This document shows positions 51,397 to 60,158 of a stretch of DNA of 64,000 nucleotides, piece after piece. Source of the stretch: Desulfobacterales bacterium (lineage in GTDB: Bacteria > Desulfobacterota > Desulfobacteria > Desulfobacterales > UBA5852); assembly GCA_963674755.2 (NCBI GenBank), contig CAXXVS010000003.1:1952001-2016000 (forward strand). The letters are read 5' to 3'. Made by a program: the position numbers and the translations under genes. The notes beneath the pieces were generated by a model. The model was not told the DNA's origin. It worked only from the letters and a program-made list of their open reading frames with translations, and did not search any database. How positions within the stretch are numbered: the first letter of the stretch is position 1; each line of letters starts with the position of its first letter.

Positions 51397-51541
51397 GTTG
51401 GCCCGTTAGGGCAGGCATCTTTCGCTCCTGGGCGGTGTTCTCGCCGATTGGTGATCCTCGACGTAGCGCGGCTACGCCTGCGGTCACCAATCGGATGCGG
51501 CCTTGCCCAGAAGCAAAATCTACCCGCCCTAACAGGCCAAC
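51397..51541 (+). repeat. ERIC-like repeat R1, copy C
   Basis: Arms GTTGGCCCGTTAGGGC / GCCCTAACAGGCCAAC; core TCCTCGACGTAGC..GCTACGCCTGCGG; abuts the nifB stop. Confidence 0.9.
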
Positions 51542-51588
51542 AGTGTTGATTGAAATACAGTTTTTTCAGCTAATGAAAGGAAGAAAAA

Positions 51589-51894
51589 ATGGAAAAACCG
51601 GAACACCATATTTTTGTCTGTGCCAGCTTTCGGGCCGACGGCGATCCCAAGGGGGTTTGCCACAAAAAGGGATCGGCGGCCCTGCTGCCCTATATCGAGA
51701 ACGAAATTCTCGACCGGGGACTGGATGCCCAGATCACCGCCACGGGGTGCATGAAAGCCTGCGACTACGGGCCGGTCATGGTGATCCAGCCCCAGGGGCT
51801 GTGGTACGGCAATGTGGACGGTGAAGAGGCCGTGGACGAGATCCTGGACGCCCTGGAAGACGGGGCCGTGGTGGATGAGCGGCTCATTTCATAG
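51589..51894 (+). CDS. Thioredoxin-like [2Fe-2S] ferredoxin
   Basis: HIFVC...GVC...TGCMKAC..GP...P...WYG. Confidence 0.92.
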   Translation: MEKPEHHIFVCASFRADGDPKGVCHKKGSAALLPYIENEILDRGLDAQITATGCMKACDYGPVMVIQPQGLWYGNVDGEEAVDEILDALEDGAVVDERLIS

Positions 51895-51901
51895 AAAACA
51901 G

Positions 51902-52028
51902 CTCAAAAAAGTTTTTTCGCCCGATATCGGCGTTGATGCCTCTTCTCAAGTCCTTGACCTACTTGAGTATGCCGGCGGCATTGATCCTCGGCTTCGCCTT
52001 GATCTCGAACGAAAACCCAAATTTTGAG
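51902..52028 (+). repeat. ERIC-like repeat, R1-related copy F
   Basis: CTCAAAA..GGCGTTG..TCCTTGACCTAC..GTATGCCGGCGG..CGCCTTG..TTTTGAG. Confidence 0.7.
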
Positions 52029-52089
52029 ATATCTCCTATTCACAAAAAGTGTCATGAACGCGACCGATTCGCTCAAAGGGGCTTATCCC

Positions 52090-52515
52090 ATGCAAATTCT
52101 TTCTTCGATCACCGATTGGCAGGACCATGTCCAGGCCGGAATGAAGTATTTGAAGACGGCCGGCAACGGCTTGAACCGTCGCGCCGTGTTCAACAATGAA
52201 TTGATTTTTCAGTTGGCCGCCATGGCCATCGAAAAGATTATTGTCGGCATCTGCCAGTATCACGGACAGATGCCGACGGATCATACCCTCTCCGGCCTGG
52301 TGGAGGCGCTGGGGCCGGTATGCCCCTTGAGTGACGACCTGGCCGGCATGATACGACGTGTCGAACAAGTGGATGACATGTGTTCGCTGAGTCCGGACAA
52401 TCGCCTCCCGCCCGGCGATGTCGAGATCGAAATCGCCTTGCTGGCGGGCCGCGAAGTGGCCTGTTTTGCCAAACAGCACATCCCCTTGCAAGATATGGCG
52501 ACGGCCGCCGCCTGA
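52090..52515 (+). CDS. HEPN-like domain protein, 141 aa
   Basis: QLAAMAIEKIIVG....G.MPTDHTLSGL matches the HEPN pattern a.EK.lKa...g..P..H.L. Confidence 0.7.
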   Translation: MQILSSITDWQDHVQAGMKYLKTAGNGLNRRAVFNNELIFQLAAMAIEKIIVGICQYHGQMPTDHTLSGLVEALGPVCPLSDDLAGMIRRVEQVDDMCSLSPDNRLPPGDVEIEIALLAGREVACFAKQHIPLQDMATAAA

Positions 52516-52535
52516 GGCCGTGCGATGCTTTAGCC

Positions 52536-52602
52536 GTGTTTGTCCGGAGCGGCATCTTGCGGCCCTGGCCAAAACCCGAAGCGACCCCTTCGGGACGGAC
52601 AC
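52536..52602 (+). repeat. Internally deleted R1 copy G
   Basis: GTGTTTGTCCGGA-GCGGCATCT-TGCGGCCCTGG...CGGGACGGACAC keeps the outer arms and two conserved motifs. Confidence 0.65.
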
Positions 52603-52627
52603 CATTATTTACGAAAGGCCCCCCTTT

Positions 52628-52879
52628 ATGAAAGCTACCTGGGAGAAAATTTTTGAATACGCCTCCATGCCCCTGCACGGCACCATGTCGCGCAAATTGC
52701 GCAAGGGCATGCGGCTGCAGATCAACGAAGGCAAAGTCTACGAGGCGGCGGTACTGTTTCTTAACGACAAATTCGTGCGGCTCACCGAAACCGATGCGGA
52801 CGGCGGTGCCATCAACACCTATTACGACATGGACAAAATTGCGTCCATCCGCACCTTGAGCCCGGGCGAGAAGACATGA
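52628..52879 (+). CDS. Small beta-rich hypothetical protein, 83 aa
   Basis: MKATWEKIFEYAS...INTYYDMDKIASIRTLSPGEKT; stop overlaps the next ATG. Confidence 0.8.
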   Translation: MKATWEKIFEYASMPLHGTMSRKLRKGMRLQINEGKVYEAAVLFLNDKFVRLTETDADGGAINTYYDMDKIASIRTLSPGEKT

Positions 52880-53433
52880 CCGTTTGCAGGCAACTTCAGA
52901 CCCGACGGATACCGCCTTCCAGCGGTCCCGCGGGATGGCGTTGCCGGGAGATGCCAATGGATACCACGGGGCTGGTGATACGTCCTGCCCGGCAGGACGA
53001 CCTGGACGCGATGGTTGGGCTGTTGCAGGCCCTGTTTGCCATCGAGGAAGATTTCGTCCCGAACCCGGAGCGCCAGCGGCGGGGCCTGACCCGCTTTCTG
53101 GACGGTTGCGGCAGGCACCGCTGTATCCTGGTGGCGGAGGCCCAGGGACAGGTGGTCGCCATGGCCACGATTCAGATCCTGATTTCCACCGCCGAGGGCG
53201 GACCGGTGGGACTGGTGGAAGACGTGGTGGTACGGGAAGACTGCCGCGGCGTCGGGGTTGGCCACCGCCTGATGGCGGTCCTGGTGGCCTGGGCGGTGGA
53301 TCGTCAATTGACCCGGCTGCAGCTGCTGGCCGATCGTACGAACTTCGAAGCCCTGGATTTTTACGACCGTATGGGCTGGCTGCCCACACGTCTGATCTGC
53401 CTGAGGAAAAAAGGTGGTTCCAACCGACGTTAA
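52876..53433 (+). CDS. GNAT acetyltransferase
   Basis: IRPA..DD, VEDVVV...RG.GVG..L, N..A..FY..MGW; start 52876 or 52957. Confidence 0.9.
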   Translation: MTVCRQLQTRRIPPSSGPAGWRCREMPMDTTGLVIRPARQDDLDAMVGLLQALFAIEEDFVPNPERQRRGLTRFLDGCGRHRCILVAEAQGQVVAMATIQILISTAEGGPVGLVEDVVVREDCRGVGVGHRLMAVLVAWAVDRQLTRLQLLADRTNFEALDFYDRMGWLPTRLICLRKKGGSNRR

Positions 53434-53799
53434 AGATTAATTCCCCGAAGCCGCCCAACCCCACCAAACACCAAAAGGCCAATTGATGAAACTTGTCAGA
53501 TGGTCCTTTGCGGCATCGTGCCCATCCCGTGGTGGTCGATCTCGGTTTCCGGCATGTCCTGATCACCAGTATGCAAAGCAAACCTTTTTCTGAAGCTGCC
53601 CAGCGGGCGTTTCCAACGGCGCGATTAGCAGAAACAGGGAAACCGCCTTGCCAAGCTGAACCAAATCAATTTATAGTCCCCTTTCACGGGAAGGATACCC
53701 GTTTAGACGGCGCTTATCCTTGCCGACAACACACTAGAAGAACCCTCTTCCGGCCGTTTTTTTAGGACCCGGTAGTCTTTAGCCATCGAGGAGTATGAT

Positions 53800-54648
53800 A
53801 TGAAGAAAATCACGCTGTTTCTGTCCGCCCTGCTGATCGTGATCGCTTCCTGGCAGCCATGCCTGGCCGAGACCGATTTGGAAATCCTCAATCGTGTCGA
53901 GCTGGAGGCGACCCCGCTGGATGTGGCCGTATCCGACGACGGCCTGTGGGTCTACGTGCTGACCGACTCCGCCCGTCTCTACATCTATAGCCTGGAAGGC
54001 AAGCTGCAGGGTTCGGTGGCGGTACCGGAAGGCTCCCGGCACATTGCCGTGAGCCCGGTTCAGGACCTTCTCATGATCACCAATTCAGTTGACCGGACGC
54101 TGCAGGCGGTCCGGATCAATCTGGAGCATACCTTTTCCTTGGAAGACTCCCCCACCTTGGGGCCTGCGGACGCGCCGGTGACCATCGTTGAATTTACCGA
54201 TTTCGAGTGCTCGTATTGCGCCCGTCTGGCACCTGTGCTCGAAGAGGTGCACCAGGCCTTTCCCGAAAAGGTTCGGATCGTATTCAAGAACTATCCCCTC
54301 GTGCGCATTCATCGCTTTGCCGTTCAGGCCGCCCTGGCGGCCCTGGCCGCCCAGGACCAGGGCAAGTTCTGGCCCTTCGAAGAGCGGCTTTTCCAGAATT
54401 ACAACCGACTCAATCCCCAGAAGATCGAGGAAATCCGGAAGGAACTCGGACTGGATGCCAAACGCTTCAACGCCCGCATGAACGATCCGGCCCTCAAGGA
54501 CCTCATCCGCCGGGACATGCAGGACGGCAGTGCCGCCGGCGTCAACGGCACCCCCACCGTTTTTATCAACGGCAAGAAGTACCGGGGACAGCGGTCGTTG
54601 GAGGGGTTCCGGGAGGCGATCGAAGCCATTTTGAAAGGAAAAAGTTAG
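53800..54648 (+). CDS. Exported DsbA/thioredoxin-family protein
   Basis: Signal peptide; G..DAPVTIVEFTDFECSYC; GV.GTPT.FING. Confidence 0.9.
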   Translation: MKKITLFLSALLIVIASWQPCLAETDLEILNRVELEATPLDVAVSDDGLWVYVLTDSARLYIYSLEGKLQGSVAVPEGSRHIAVSPVQDLLMITNSVDRTLQAVRINLEHTFSLEDSPTLGPADAPVTIVEFTDFECSYCARLAPVLEEVHQAFPEKVRIVFKNYPLVRIHRFAVQAALAALAAQDQGKFWPFEERLFQNYNRLNPQKIEEIRKELGLDAKRFNARMNDPALKDLIRRDMQDGSAAGVNGTPTVFINGKKYRGQRSLEGFREAIEAILKGKS

Positions 54649-54810
54649 CGGTGGTGCAATGCCGCCGTTGCTGATCGGCATACAACGGCCAGACCCTGAC
54701 TTGGAAAAGCGTGGTGTGTCGGATTTCGAACCTGAGGGGCGGAACCCGGCGCTCAGGAACCCTGTACGGCAGATGGTGTCAAGCATCCAGGCCAACAGGA
54801 TATGAACGAC

Positions 54811-54862
54811 TCCGCCGCAAAGCAGCGGGGAATTAAACCCTGGTCCACCTTTGGCGGATTAA
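54811..54862. repeat. Short palindromic repeat R4
   Basis: CCGCCGCAAAGCAGCGGGGAATTAAACCC followed by hairpin GTCCACCTTTGGCGGAT. Confidence 0.65.
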
Positions 54863-54963
54863 GGGGCAAGGCGGTGCTTGCGAGGGGAGAAGCCGGCCGT
54901 CATTCCCTGAGGGATGCCTGATAGGCGACGGATGGCACTGCCCTGCCAGGTGAAGCGGCCGCT

Positions 54964-55662
54964 TTACTTGAAGGCCAGGATCACTTCCGAGGGGAAGAGC
55001 ATTTGCTGGTGATATTCGCGTTGCACAACGGTAAACCCGTTTCGTTCCAGCCGGTCCCTCAAGCGGACCCCCCGGCAGCCGCCCATCGTCCTGGGTGAAA
55101 TCCGGTAGATCCGGTCATAGAGCCTGCTTCCGAAGCGCTCACCTTCCGTCATATTGACCAATACGAGTTTCCCGCCGCGTTTCAAGACGCGTTTGAATTC
55201 CGCAATGATGCTGTCCATATCCTCATATGGAATGAGGTCGAACATATAGTTGTTGACCAGGGTGTCGATGGTTTCATCCCCGATGGCCAACTGGAAAGCC
55301 GAGCCGATTTCCAGGGAATAGTTGGCCGTCGCAAACCGGCCGGCCCGTTTCCTGGCCCGGGCGAGCATGCCTTTTGATAGATCGACGCCGATCGAGGTGC
55401 CCTTAGGATTTCTTTTGAGGATTTCGCCAAAGGCGATGCCCGTCCCCACGGCCACTTCGAGAACGGATTGCCCATCCTGGATATCGGCCAGGGCGATGGC
55501 CCGATCGCGGGCGCGCGTTTCGGTCAGTCTTCCCCAGACATCATAGAGCGGGGCAATCCTGTTATACACAGCGGCGATGTCTTCCTGGCCGACGCGTGCA
55601 TCCTGATACTGTTTGCTGGTGCCGCAGCACGAAAATCCGCAGCAGGTGAATGGAATCCCCAT
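54964..55662 (-). CDS. Class I SAM-dependent methyltransferase (UbiE/PmtA-like) with N-terminal CCGFSCCG
   Basis: VLEVAVGTG, GVDLS.GML, RVLK.GG; AAGGGGAG SD before the ATG at 55662. Confidence 0.88.
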   Translation of the reverse strand: MGIPFTCCGFSCCGTSKQYQDARVGQEDIAAVYNRIAPLYDVWGRLTETRARDRAIALADIQDGQSVLEVAVGTGIAFGEILKRNPKGTSIGVDLSKGMLARARKRAGRFATANYSLEIGSAFQLAIGDETIDTLVNNYMFDLIPYEDMDSIIAEFKRVLKRGGKLVLVNMTEGERFGSRLYDRIYRISPRTMGGCRGVRLRDRLERNGFTVVQREYHQQMLFPSEVILAFK

Positions 55663-55813
55663 GGCTTGCTCCCCTTTCGTAATACGCCTTTGGATGACGC
55701 CTATCGCCTCGCGAAGCAAAGGCGCACTCGCTTAAAATGGCGGCCTCCCGGGGTTGGCCCGGTCCGGCATGGACGGTGCCCTGGCCGATTGGGGTCGCTT
55801 AAGGAAGCCGGCC

Positions 55814-57619
55814 TTACCCGGCCGCGGGCAGATCGATATTGAACCGTGTAAATTCGCCCGGCGAGGTCGCCACATCGATTTCCCCGCCGTGGTCCTTCAC
55901 GATGCTGTAGATGATCCACAGGCCCAGGCCGGTGCCTTTTTCAGCCGGTTTGGTCGTAAAAAAGGGCTCGAATATACGTTCCCGCACATCATCGCTGATC
56001 CCTGCCCCCCGGTCCTCGATGATTGTCCGCACAAATGCCTGCCCGGCCCTGTGGATGGTCCGGGCGGTGATGAGAATCTTCTTGTCATCGTCATAGCCGG
56101 GGTATTCCCTGTTCAGCGCATCCCGCGCATTGGTCAGGAGGTTCATGATAACCTGCTGAATCTGTTGTTTGCGGCACAGGATGCGGGGCAGGCCGTCGGG
56201 GATATCCACTTGGATGGCAATCTGATCGTGGCGCATGATGGTCTGAACCAGCGAGAGCATCGAGGCCACGATGTCGTTTATCGTTTCAGTCGTTTTGTCC
56301 GGCGAATCTTCCTTGCGTGCAAAGCCGAGGAGATTCTGTACGATGGTGCGGATGCGTTCCGTCGCAGACTTTATCTCCGAAGCATACGCGATGATCTCTT
56401 CGCCTTCGAAGGCCTCCTCGGCGATCAGCTCGGCGTAGCCGGAGATGCCTGAAATCGGGTTGTTGATTTCATGCGCCACACTGCTGGCGAGCGTACCGAT
56501 CGCTTCGAGCTTCTGGGACTGGCGCAATTGGGCCTCCATCGCCAGCCTTTCACTGATATCGCGGGCGGTACCCTGGATACCGATGGCGCGGTTTTGGCTG
56601 TCGAAGAGGATCTTGCTGAGGATCTCGACGGGCAAAGGCGACCCATCTTTGCGCAAAACCTCGGTTTCGATGGGCGTTCCGGTGTCCCGGATCCCTTGCG
56701 CAATGCCCCGCTCGATGATGTGCAAGAGTTTCGCATACACATCCCTATGGCAATGTTCCTGAAGGGAGGTGCCGATAAACGCTTCGGGCGCGTACCCCAG
56801 CATCGGCACGACGGCCGGATTGACGTAGGTGAATTCGTAATCCATGTTCATCGTCCAGATCATGTCCAGGGTGTTGTCCGCCAACAGACGATAATGCTCT
56901 TCGCTTATCCTGAGCGCTCGCTCTGCTTGCACTTGTCTGGTCATATCGCGCACGATGCTCACCACGCCGCTTTGCCGTCCGGCCGCACCATCCAACGCGA
57001 TGACCGTGTTTTCGGTCTCGATGAGGACGCCGTCTTTGCGTTTCATCCGATAGCGGGTGCGGTAGGCCATGTTTTTTTGGAGCGCCGCTTCGCTGGAACA
57101 GCCAATCGCTTCAAATGAGGCACGATCCACGTGCAGGATCTCGGTACGCCTGCCTGTCAGTTCGGAAGGGGTGTAACCGAACATGGGGGTCACGGCAGAA
57201 TTGCACCTTTGGATGGTACGCGTGGGGAGATCGACAATAAAGACCGCTTCACCCAGGTTGGCCAGGACCGTATCGAACATGTTCTGGGAATGCGCCAGCT
57301 GACTCTGCAGAATGTCACGCTCCGCCCCGCGAAAGGCACGCAGCGCCAGCCAATACACGAGGGCGGTTGTCAGGACGACATAGAGCACGCCCTTGAACGT
57401 CTGCGCCACAAAAGTGGCACTGCGCTCCGCGATCAGCCAGTCCACGGCCTTGTCCGAGAGCAAAATCCAGGCAATGCCGGCCGCGGCATAGATGGCGGCG
57501 ATGCGGATGGCCCGGGCATTTAGAGACGGCCCTTTGGTTGATGATGGAATGTCTTGCGGGGATGCCTTCTGCGTCACGGCTGGTGTCCTTTGTTTTCTCC
57601 GTAAGCTGTCGTAAATCAA
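55814..57619 (-). CDS. Membrane PAS-PAS histidine kinase
   Basis: Two TM helices, two PAS domains, AHEINNP, NL..NA, D.G.GI, PFFTTK, GTGLGL; start uncertain. Confidence 0.93.
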   Translation of the reverse strand: MIYDSLRRKQRTPAVTQKASPQDIPSSTKGPSLNARAIRIAAIYAAAGIAWILLSDKAVDWLIAERSATFVAQTFKGVLYVVLTTALVYWLALRAFRGAERDILQSQLAHSQNMFDTVLANLGEAVFIVDLPTRTIQRCNSAVTPMFGYTPSELTGRRTEILHVDRASFEAIGCSSEAALQKNMAYRTRYRMKRKDGVLIETENTVIALDGAAGRQSGVVSIVRDMTRQVQAERALRISEEHYRLLADNTLDMIWTMNMDYEFTYVNPAVVPMLGYAPEAFIGTSLQEHCHRDVYAKLLHIIERGIAQGIRDTGTPIETEVLRKDGSPLPVEILSKILFDSQNRAIGIQGTARDISERLAMEAQLRQSQKLEAIGTLASSVAHEINNPISGISGYAELIAEEAFEGEEIIAYASEIKSATERIRTIVQNLLGFARKEDSPDKTTETINDIVASMLSLVQTIMRHDQIAIQVDIPDGLPRILCRKQQIQQVIMNLLTNARDALNREYPGYDDDKKILITARTIHRAGQAFVRTIIEDRGAGISDDVRERIFEPFFTTKPAEKGTGLGLWIIYSIVKDHGGEIDVATSPGEFTRFNIDLPAAG

Positions 57620-57905
57620 TACCGTATGCGGGAGAGACGGCCCTTGTCTGTCCCGGCCTGTCGGTTATCTCCGACGGTTTACCCCCCACTTCCGGAAGCT
57701 ATCGCCTCCCGCCGGTTTTAAAAACGAATGGCCACCCGGCAGCCAGGACAGCCTATTGTCATCGAATTCAGATCGGTTTTGTACAGGGGTGTGACTCGAA
57801 TAGGGAAAGTTAAAGATATAATCGTCGTTTGTCCAATGGAGGGGGTTGAATCCATTTACACCAGCCGTTTTATCCGGCAGCTGTGTCGTCTTGCCCGACT
57901 CGTCG

Positions 57906-58034
57906 TTGTTCATCCCCACGCCTGTGGGGAACACTCTTCCTGGAATTCCCTGAAATCCGGAAGGCTTTTTCGTTGAAAATTTTCTACCGGATATTTTGAC
58001 TTTCCGGGATACAGCTTTCAAATTGTCAAAGAGC
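57906..58034 (-). CRISPR. Orphan type I-E leader plus a single repeat (no array, no cas genes in window)
   Basis: Minus strand GTGTTCCCCACAGGCGTGGGGATGAAC (57934-57908), preceded by an AT-rich leader with GCTCTTTGACA, GGTAGA and terminal AGA. Confidence 0.8.
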
Positions 58035-58079
58035 TTCATCATTTTCGGTTATTTCGGGTTCAGGCGGTAAAAAAGATAC

Positions 58080-58231
58080 GAGTCGGAGACCGTCACAGTC
58101 AATCGGGATTGTCTGAGCACCACAAAGATCCCTTTGACCGCATGCTTGTTTGTCAGGCGCTCGCCCATGGCCTTGTATTACTCACCCCGGATGAGATGAT
58201 CCGACAATACCCTGTACGAACCATCTGGTAA
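58080..58231 (+). pseudogene. PIN/VapC toxin C-terminal remnant
   Basis: LSEHHKDPFDRMLVCQALAHGLVLLTPDEMIRQYPVRTIW* from 58109; N-terminal two thirds absent. Confidence 0.8.
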
Positions 58232-58602
58232 GCGCATCCTGCCAGCCCTCAATTCAGTAACTCCGGGACGAAGCCTCAGGAGTTGATCCAGCGAAATTCA
58301 TAGTTGCCGGACATGATAGCCGACGGCACTGGAAGATCTTGCAGGAGATTTCGGATCTCTGCGCCAATGTGGCGGCCCTAAGGAATGGGAGCGTTGCGCC
58401 GTATTGCGCTCAAGCGGGAGAAAAACAGCCGTAACAGGACTGATTGTCATTGTACCGGGCGGCGGCCGTCCGATATCCGCGTTTAGGCGGGAGCGCGCGA
58501 GTCTATTGTGGATGACCATGCCGCCCTGAAATGGATCTGAACAATGTGCTGGCTTAAAATAAGTCGCGCTAATCGGTGTGCCGCACCAGGCGGCATCGCC
58601 CC

Positions 58603-58770
58603 TCACGTGCCGTGACAGCAACAGGCCGCATCGTCGACCTGGTCCACATCAAGAACGAAAACCGGATCGGCGGTAAAGACCTGCTCGCAGAATTCACAAA
58701 GGGTGCGCGTGCCTTCGATTTCATCGGGCACTTCGAAAAAGCGGTCGCAATAAGGGCATACCGTTTCCAT
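58603..58770 (-). CDS. 55-aa zinc-ribbon-like protein (below the ORF-track cutoff)
   Basis: METVCPYCDRFFEVPDEIEGTRTLCEFCEQVFTADPVFVLDVDQVDDAACCCHGT*; GGAGG 6 nt before the ATG. Confidence 0.75.
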   Translation of the reverse strand: METVCPYCDRFFEVPDEIEGTRTLCEFCEQVFTADPVFVLDVDQVDDAACCCHGT

Positions 58771-59174
58771 GGAGACCTCCAGAAGATGATACCACTACAA
58801 GTTGTTCGGCCGCACAGGCAGCGCTGTGTCACATCTGTTGGTTAAATTGTGCCGGCTTGAAAGAGGGTAACGACAACAGCACTGGCCTGGCGTCCGGTGG
58901 GCGGAATGATAGCGTAACCGGGGGACGACGAGGCCGGCTCTGCGTTTCTATCGCATTGTGCGTTGTCTATGCGCCCGGCGGTCGGTCACGGTTGCCGGCT
59001 TTTGGCTAAGAGGGGGGCCTTGGGGGGGGAATGACAATGCCGTGTCCGATGCCTGTCCGTGACATGACCTATGGCAGATTTGTCGAGCGAATGCAAGGGG
59101 GTGACAGGTTTCCCACAGTCGCTATCGCTATGCTATGTTCGACATGATGTCTTCCGTGCTGCCGCACTTCCTGT

Positions 59175-59317
59175 CAGGCCTTGGATAAATGGCGTCTAAG
59201 GCCGAAATGCAGCGTTGCCGCCCTCGCCAAACGGTACGACAACCCTAACGGTTGATGCGCTTTTCGCATCGGCCGGCGCGTTGCCTTGCGGCCTGATTCT
59301 TGTTTATCCCAGGCCTG
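59175..59317. mobile_element. MITE-like palindromic element, family R3, copy 2
   Basis: Ends CAGGCCTTGGATAAA / TTTATCCCAGGCCTG; interior CAACCCT...GGTTG.TGCGCTTTTCGCA shared with 17640-17833. Confidence 0.75.
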
Positions 59318-59435
59318 CCGGCATCCCGGGGATGGGCCGACCCCGGCAGAACTTGGATTGACAGACCGGAGGTAATTTATTAAGTGATTTCAGCATAAAA
59401 AACAGCCATTCCGATAACGCGACAGAGCCGAGGGC

Positions 59436-59825
59436 ATGATGGATACGACAGAAAAATTACGCACAACGGCCGTCGCCCTGTTTCCGGAAGGGACAGGGGA
59501 GGAAGATTGCCGTGAGATCATGGACCGGCTGGGCACGGATAGGGACCTGGCCGGCTTCCGGACCCTTCTCAGGAGCACGATCCTATCGGACGGCAGCCGG
59601 AGGACCTTTATCAAGTTTACCAAAGTGGTCCCGCTCAACGACCTTGGCACCGGATGGGTGATCAACATCACCGCTAAACTGTTCGACGCCGGCTACGAGG
59701 ATGTGGCCTGGCGGCTCACCCGGCTCAAATCGCCCGCCGAGGACGGGGATGACACGACCGAATCGTTTCCGGCGGAGCTTTTCAAAAAGGCTTTGGCGGA
59801 TGACGACGAGGATCCGGGGGAGTAG
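59436..59825 (+). CDS. Hypothetical acidic protein, 129 aa
   Basis: Open frame with GAGG upstream and a nearby TTGACA; no recognised motif. Confidence 0.65.
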   Translation: MMDTTEKLRTTAVALFPEGTGEEDCREIMDRLGTDRDLAGFRTLLRSTILSDGSRRTFIKFTKVVPLNDLGTGWVINITAKLFDAGYEDVAWRLTRLKSPAEDGDDTTESFPAELFKKALADDDEDPGE

Positions 59826-60158
59826 CACCGGATCCTATCACTCTGGTACGAGCATCGTTACAGGTTATTCCCCGTTCGCCCCGTCCCGGAGCCTATGGCC
59901 TGCCATTGTTTCATGCGCCAAAGGCGGGCAGAGATTTGATTCCCCGCCCCTTGCGGCATTTCATGGTCGCTATCGATACCCCGCTGTTGTGCGGCGGGGC
60001 CGTTCATTATCCGCTCATCCCTGTCACACCCGGTTGCGTCGGCACGGCCCATGCGATCCGATGAACCTTTGCCGCTGCTGCCGGTACCAAACCCTATAAT
60101 GGCTCAACGATCGAACGCGATCCCTATCCACCCCGCTCATTGAATAAGGAGAGCAGTC

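Noticed and set aside
54650..54810. Possible transposase 3' remnant before the R4 element
   Set aside because: No recognisable motif in the frames I translated.
57675..57700. CGGTTTACCCCCCAC as a second degenerate CRISPR repeat
   Set aside because: Only half matches, there is no hairpin, and the 231-bp distance is off the 61-bp period.
58576..58845. 89-aa plus-strand and 87-aa minus-strand ORFs in the track
   Set aside because: They overlap the better supported 55-aa Zn-ribbon ORF, which has a strong SD.
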